A stretch of DNA of 63,673 nt, counting the filler, from Rhabdomonas costata (lineage: Eukaryota): assembly GCA_019059605.1 (NCBI GenBank). It is 37 parts of 37 records of this genome, joined end to end, with 100 filler letters (N's around TTAATTAATTAA, not from the genome) between each part and the next. Parts side by side here need not be neighbours in the genome. Positions count along the whole stretch, not along the records: positions 60,330 to 61,951 come from JAHMHO010011813.1; positions 62,052 to 63,673 come from JAHMHO010011814.1; 35 more parts are not named here. One strand, written 5' to 3'. The first letter of the stretch is position 1. Every line of letters starts with the position of its first letter. Of the stretch, positions 60,681 to 63,673 are shown one piece after another. The notes under the pieces are model-generated. The model had not been told where the DNA came from and did no database searches. It saw only the letters and a list, made by a program, of their open reading frames with translations. Both the position numbers and the translations under genes were made by a program.

Positions 60681-61575
60681 CCAGGGGAGCAGTGGTTCCT
60701 GGGGGGCTGGGGGTGCCCGGCCGCCCCGAGTATGGGGTCACCGCAGAACCCTGTGGGGCAGGAGAGCCCGACACGCCGTCCGCGGTGCCGATGGCGGCCT
60801 GCTGTAAGAGCAGCTCTTGAATCACCCGCACCGCCTGGCTGGCGAGCTCCTCCCCTGGGCGAGCGACATCCGCCAGTTGGGAACAATCTAGTGCGTTTCT
60901 AAAGCGTTATCTGGTGCTGTGGTGTCGTCGGGGACTGTGGCGGTGAGGGAGGGAGGGTTCCTGCTGCAAGCAGCAATTTTTCACTTTCATTTTCCGCACT
61001 CAGCAAAGCCAATAACGTCGTCACATGGAGACGGGTGCAACCAGGTGAGCAGTAATCGACATTCCGAGAGGCAGCCAGAAAACAGGAAAAAGCTCAAAAA
61101 CCCGCTGGGATAGAAACGAGGGCAACGCCTAATGTATGCAGTGCATGGGTGTGCATCGTGTATGTTACCTCACACAGGGGACACGTGTCGTCGATCTATG
61201 TGGTTAACAGAGTGGGTGAGTGTCTTCGCGGGGGGGGGGGGGGCGAGGTTGCACACATAGAGGAAACACATAAAGATAGGAAACGAGAAAACAGAACAGA
61301 GAAAAGAAAACCCTCAGGTGGAATCAGAATACCAGCACGGAAGCAAATGTGCGGAAACACCTTTTTCCTCGAGCACGTCCGCGACCCTCCGGGCAGCGCC
61401 TGGGGAGGCATCCGGGGCGGCGCCCCAGGCCACGCACTCCCGGGAGCACCCCAGCACGCGGCACCAGTGCAGGATTTCCACGGCATGGGCACGCACCCCA
61501 ACGGAGCGGGAGCACATCCCCAGCAAGGCAGTCCCTGCAACCAAAGGTACGTGGTCGACCGCAATATTCTCTGGT
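60681..61575 (-). CDS. Possible Furry/MOR2/PAG1-like morphogenesis protein exons (about 61575-61361, 60887-60681)
   Basis: GTALLGMCSRSVGVRAHAVEIL...RVADVLEE resembles the Furry-family L.LCS...VR..A..IL...IDVLEE motif; phase-1 intron is compatible. Confidence 0.45.
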
Positions 61576-63673
61576 CTCCGGTGTCCACAAAGGTGCAGAT
61601 TTCGCGGCGTTGCGGGATTATTTCGGGAAAGCACAACGTTTTACGAATTGCCACTTTATACAGACGACATTTCTTGACTTGGCATGCGGATGCATATTCG
61701 GGGCGATATTATCATGCGGTATACAAAATTACGTGGAATTGAACATAAATGACGTGACCAGGAAAAAAAGCAAAAAAAAAAAAAGCTGTGGTTTCAAGAG
61801 ACGGAATGCCACGCCAACCTTCCACTTTGTTCCAGTCCACCGCGATCGGAGGGAAGTCCCTAAGGTTGCCCAGCAGCTCCGCTGACCGAGTGCTTGTGCA
61901 TGATATAGGGCTGCACTCCCGGATCTGACGGGAGGGAACCCCGGGCCTCAGNNNNNNNNNNNNNNNNNNNNNNNNNNNNNNNNNNNNNNNNNNNNTTAAT
62001 TAATTAANNNNNNNNNNNNNNNNNNNNNNNNNNNNNNNNNNNNNNNNNNNNGCTACCGGAGAAGGGCCAGGTGACCACGATGACATCGCTGCGTCAAGCA
62101 TAAAAAACCAGAAAAGCAAGAAAAAAAGAAAATCAATTTACAATCAACTCGAGCTATTTGCAGTCTCAATATGACAGAGTGCCAGCAAAATGAAAGGCAA
62201 GCAAAAATGGCCGAATCAATAAAGGCCTGGCCCTGGCAGACCTGGAGATGCGCAGCCAGCACAACAAGAAAATCCAGTGCGGCCCAGCGGTCTGTGAGCA
62301 AATTGCCAGCGATAACGAAAAAAGAATTGGCTCCAGAGGCCCTCAAACTTTCTGCAAGTAAAAGTTTTAGGGGGTCAGTCCCACCAGGTACTAAAGAATA
62401 AGCAAAGGGCAAAAGGAGGGGATACACAAAGACCTCTGGGGCACCTCCGGACTGTCAGGGATCCTGGAGTGCGGCCGCAGCAGCTGAAACTGCGAGGCAA
62501 GAGAGACGATTCACACGCATGTGCACGCTAATCAGGCAGTGTTTTGTTTTTTGGTCGCTTGTTCACGTAGGTACGCGCACGGCGCATGGCGAAGTGATGC
62601 TCGCTGCTGTTTGGGCGACGTTGGGTTTTCCTTTTGCCTTTTTCGTTTGTCTTGCATTTCGGTTCTGGGCCATATATCGTCCGCGCTGGAGTAATGCTAA
62701 TGTCCTTTGGTGATCCTCCCGCAGTTCGTTTGTCACCAACGGGTGGTTCACCAGGTGAGATTACCCATGTTTTCCTCCGGACAGACTGAGTGCAGCCGGA
62801 ATGCTCTGCCGCGCTCCCCTTGCAATTTCCAAGTCTCCAAAATATTACCCTGACTGCTGCGGAAGCTAATGCCAGACACACTTGCAATTCAACTGGGAAG
62901 TAAGAGAGCAACGATTTATTTTGAATGCATTGAAATGAAATGTAACTCCATGCAATGTCTCTGTGCGGAAAATGTCTTTGTACAGAAAAATATTCCGACC
63001 CCATTGTTGCAGAAACGAAGCGCACACATGCCATGGGTCGAGGCGAGCCTTCCATTTTGGTGCAACACTGCTCAGAGATTCTCGATCTGTTGATCTTCCA
63101 CTCTCAGCCCTCACTCACGCAATTCTCCCTTCACCAAAACGCGAGTCGAAAATTCCTCCTCACGGCTACAGATATATGAAACGTCTTTCAGCAGTACACC
63201 CGCAAACAAAAAAGCGGGAGGTGGGGGCTAACACAGGCAAGTAGCTCTGCAATAAGTCGCGAGAAGGACAGAAAGGGACAACTTTGAACTTTAATGTACC
63301 CACAGGATGCGTCATGGTAGCCATCCACTGTCACTCTACAACCCCCATTTCGATTTACGTCTGAGAACGTCCAAGTACTGACTCAACACCCAAAGCTCAA
63401 ACTTGTTCCCTGTTCACCCATGCAACTCAGGCGCCGTCAGTTGTTCCTGACTGACTCCTCATTACTTGGTAATCTCCACCTGTTTCAGACAGAAAATGCA
63501 GATAACGCATGAAGCAGATGACAAAACAGGTCTGAAGGGCACAAGTGCGCCCCCCCACGCGAAACATGGACCACAGGTGGTGCGTAGGGGAGAGGAGGCC
63601 CACAGGTCGCAGCGACCTGGGGTGCGGTCCTCATCCCACCACACTTGTGTTTGGGGCATTCACCACAAACAAA

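Noticed and set aside
1..63673. rRNA, tRNA or snRNA genes and euglenid nonconventional introns
   Set aside because: None was recognisable by eye, and all phase-checked introns are GT-AG. A covariance-model search would be needed to exclude them.

Overview
This window is not one locus. It is 37 unrelated contigs of about 1.62 kb, joined by an artificial 100-nt spacer (N44-TTAATTAATTAA-N44), so adjacency across spacers means nothing. G/T-only contig ends and about 8 terminal fold-back inversions point to whole-genome-amplified (probably single-cell) DNA. The source is an intron-rich microbial eukaryote using the standard genetic code. Many 5' splice sites read GTGYG and a few may be GC, which suggests Euglenozoa (euglenid-like); this is an inference. 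Recognisable spliced gene fragments include fidgetin-like AAA ATPase, galactokinase, P5 ATPase, kinesin, a MAP2K-like kinase, TauE, a DUF2961/GH172-like protein, an F-box/LRR protein, GRASP55/65, a class III cyclase, a LIM protein with 13-aa repeats, a GH81 glucanase, an NRPS/AASDH-type adenylation domain and an arylsulfatase. There are also decayed Penelope-like, CACTA-like and LINE-like relics and three dispersed repeat families. I found no complete novel multi-gene system. The best leads are a frameshifted histone-H4-like relic beside a tiny basic ORF, the splice-site signature, intron-containing bacterial-type enzymes, and the Penelope-like relic. All family calls are motif recognition by eye, not database searches.
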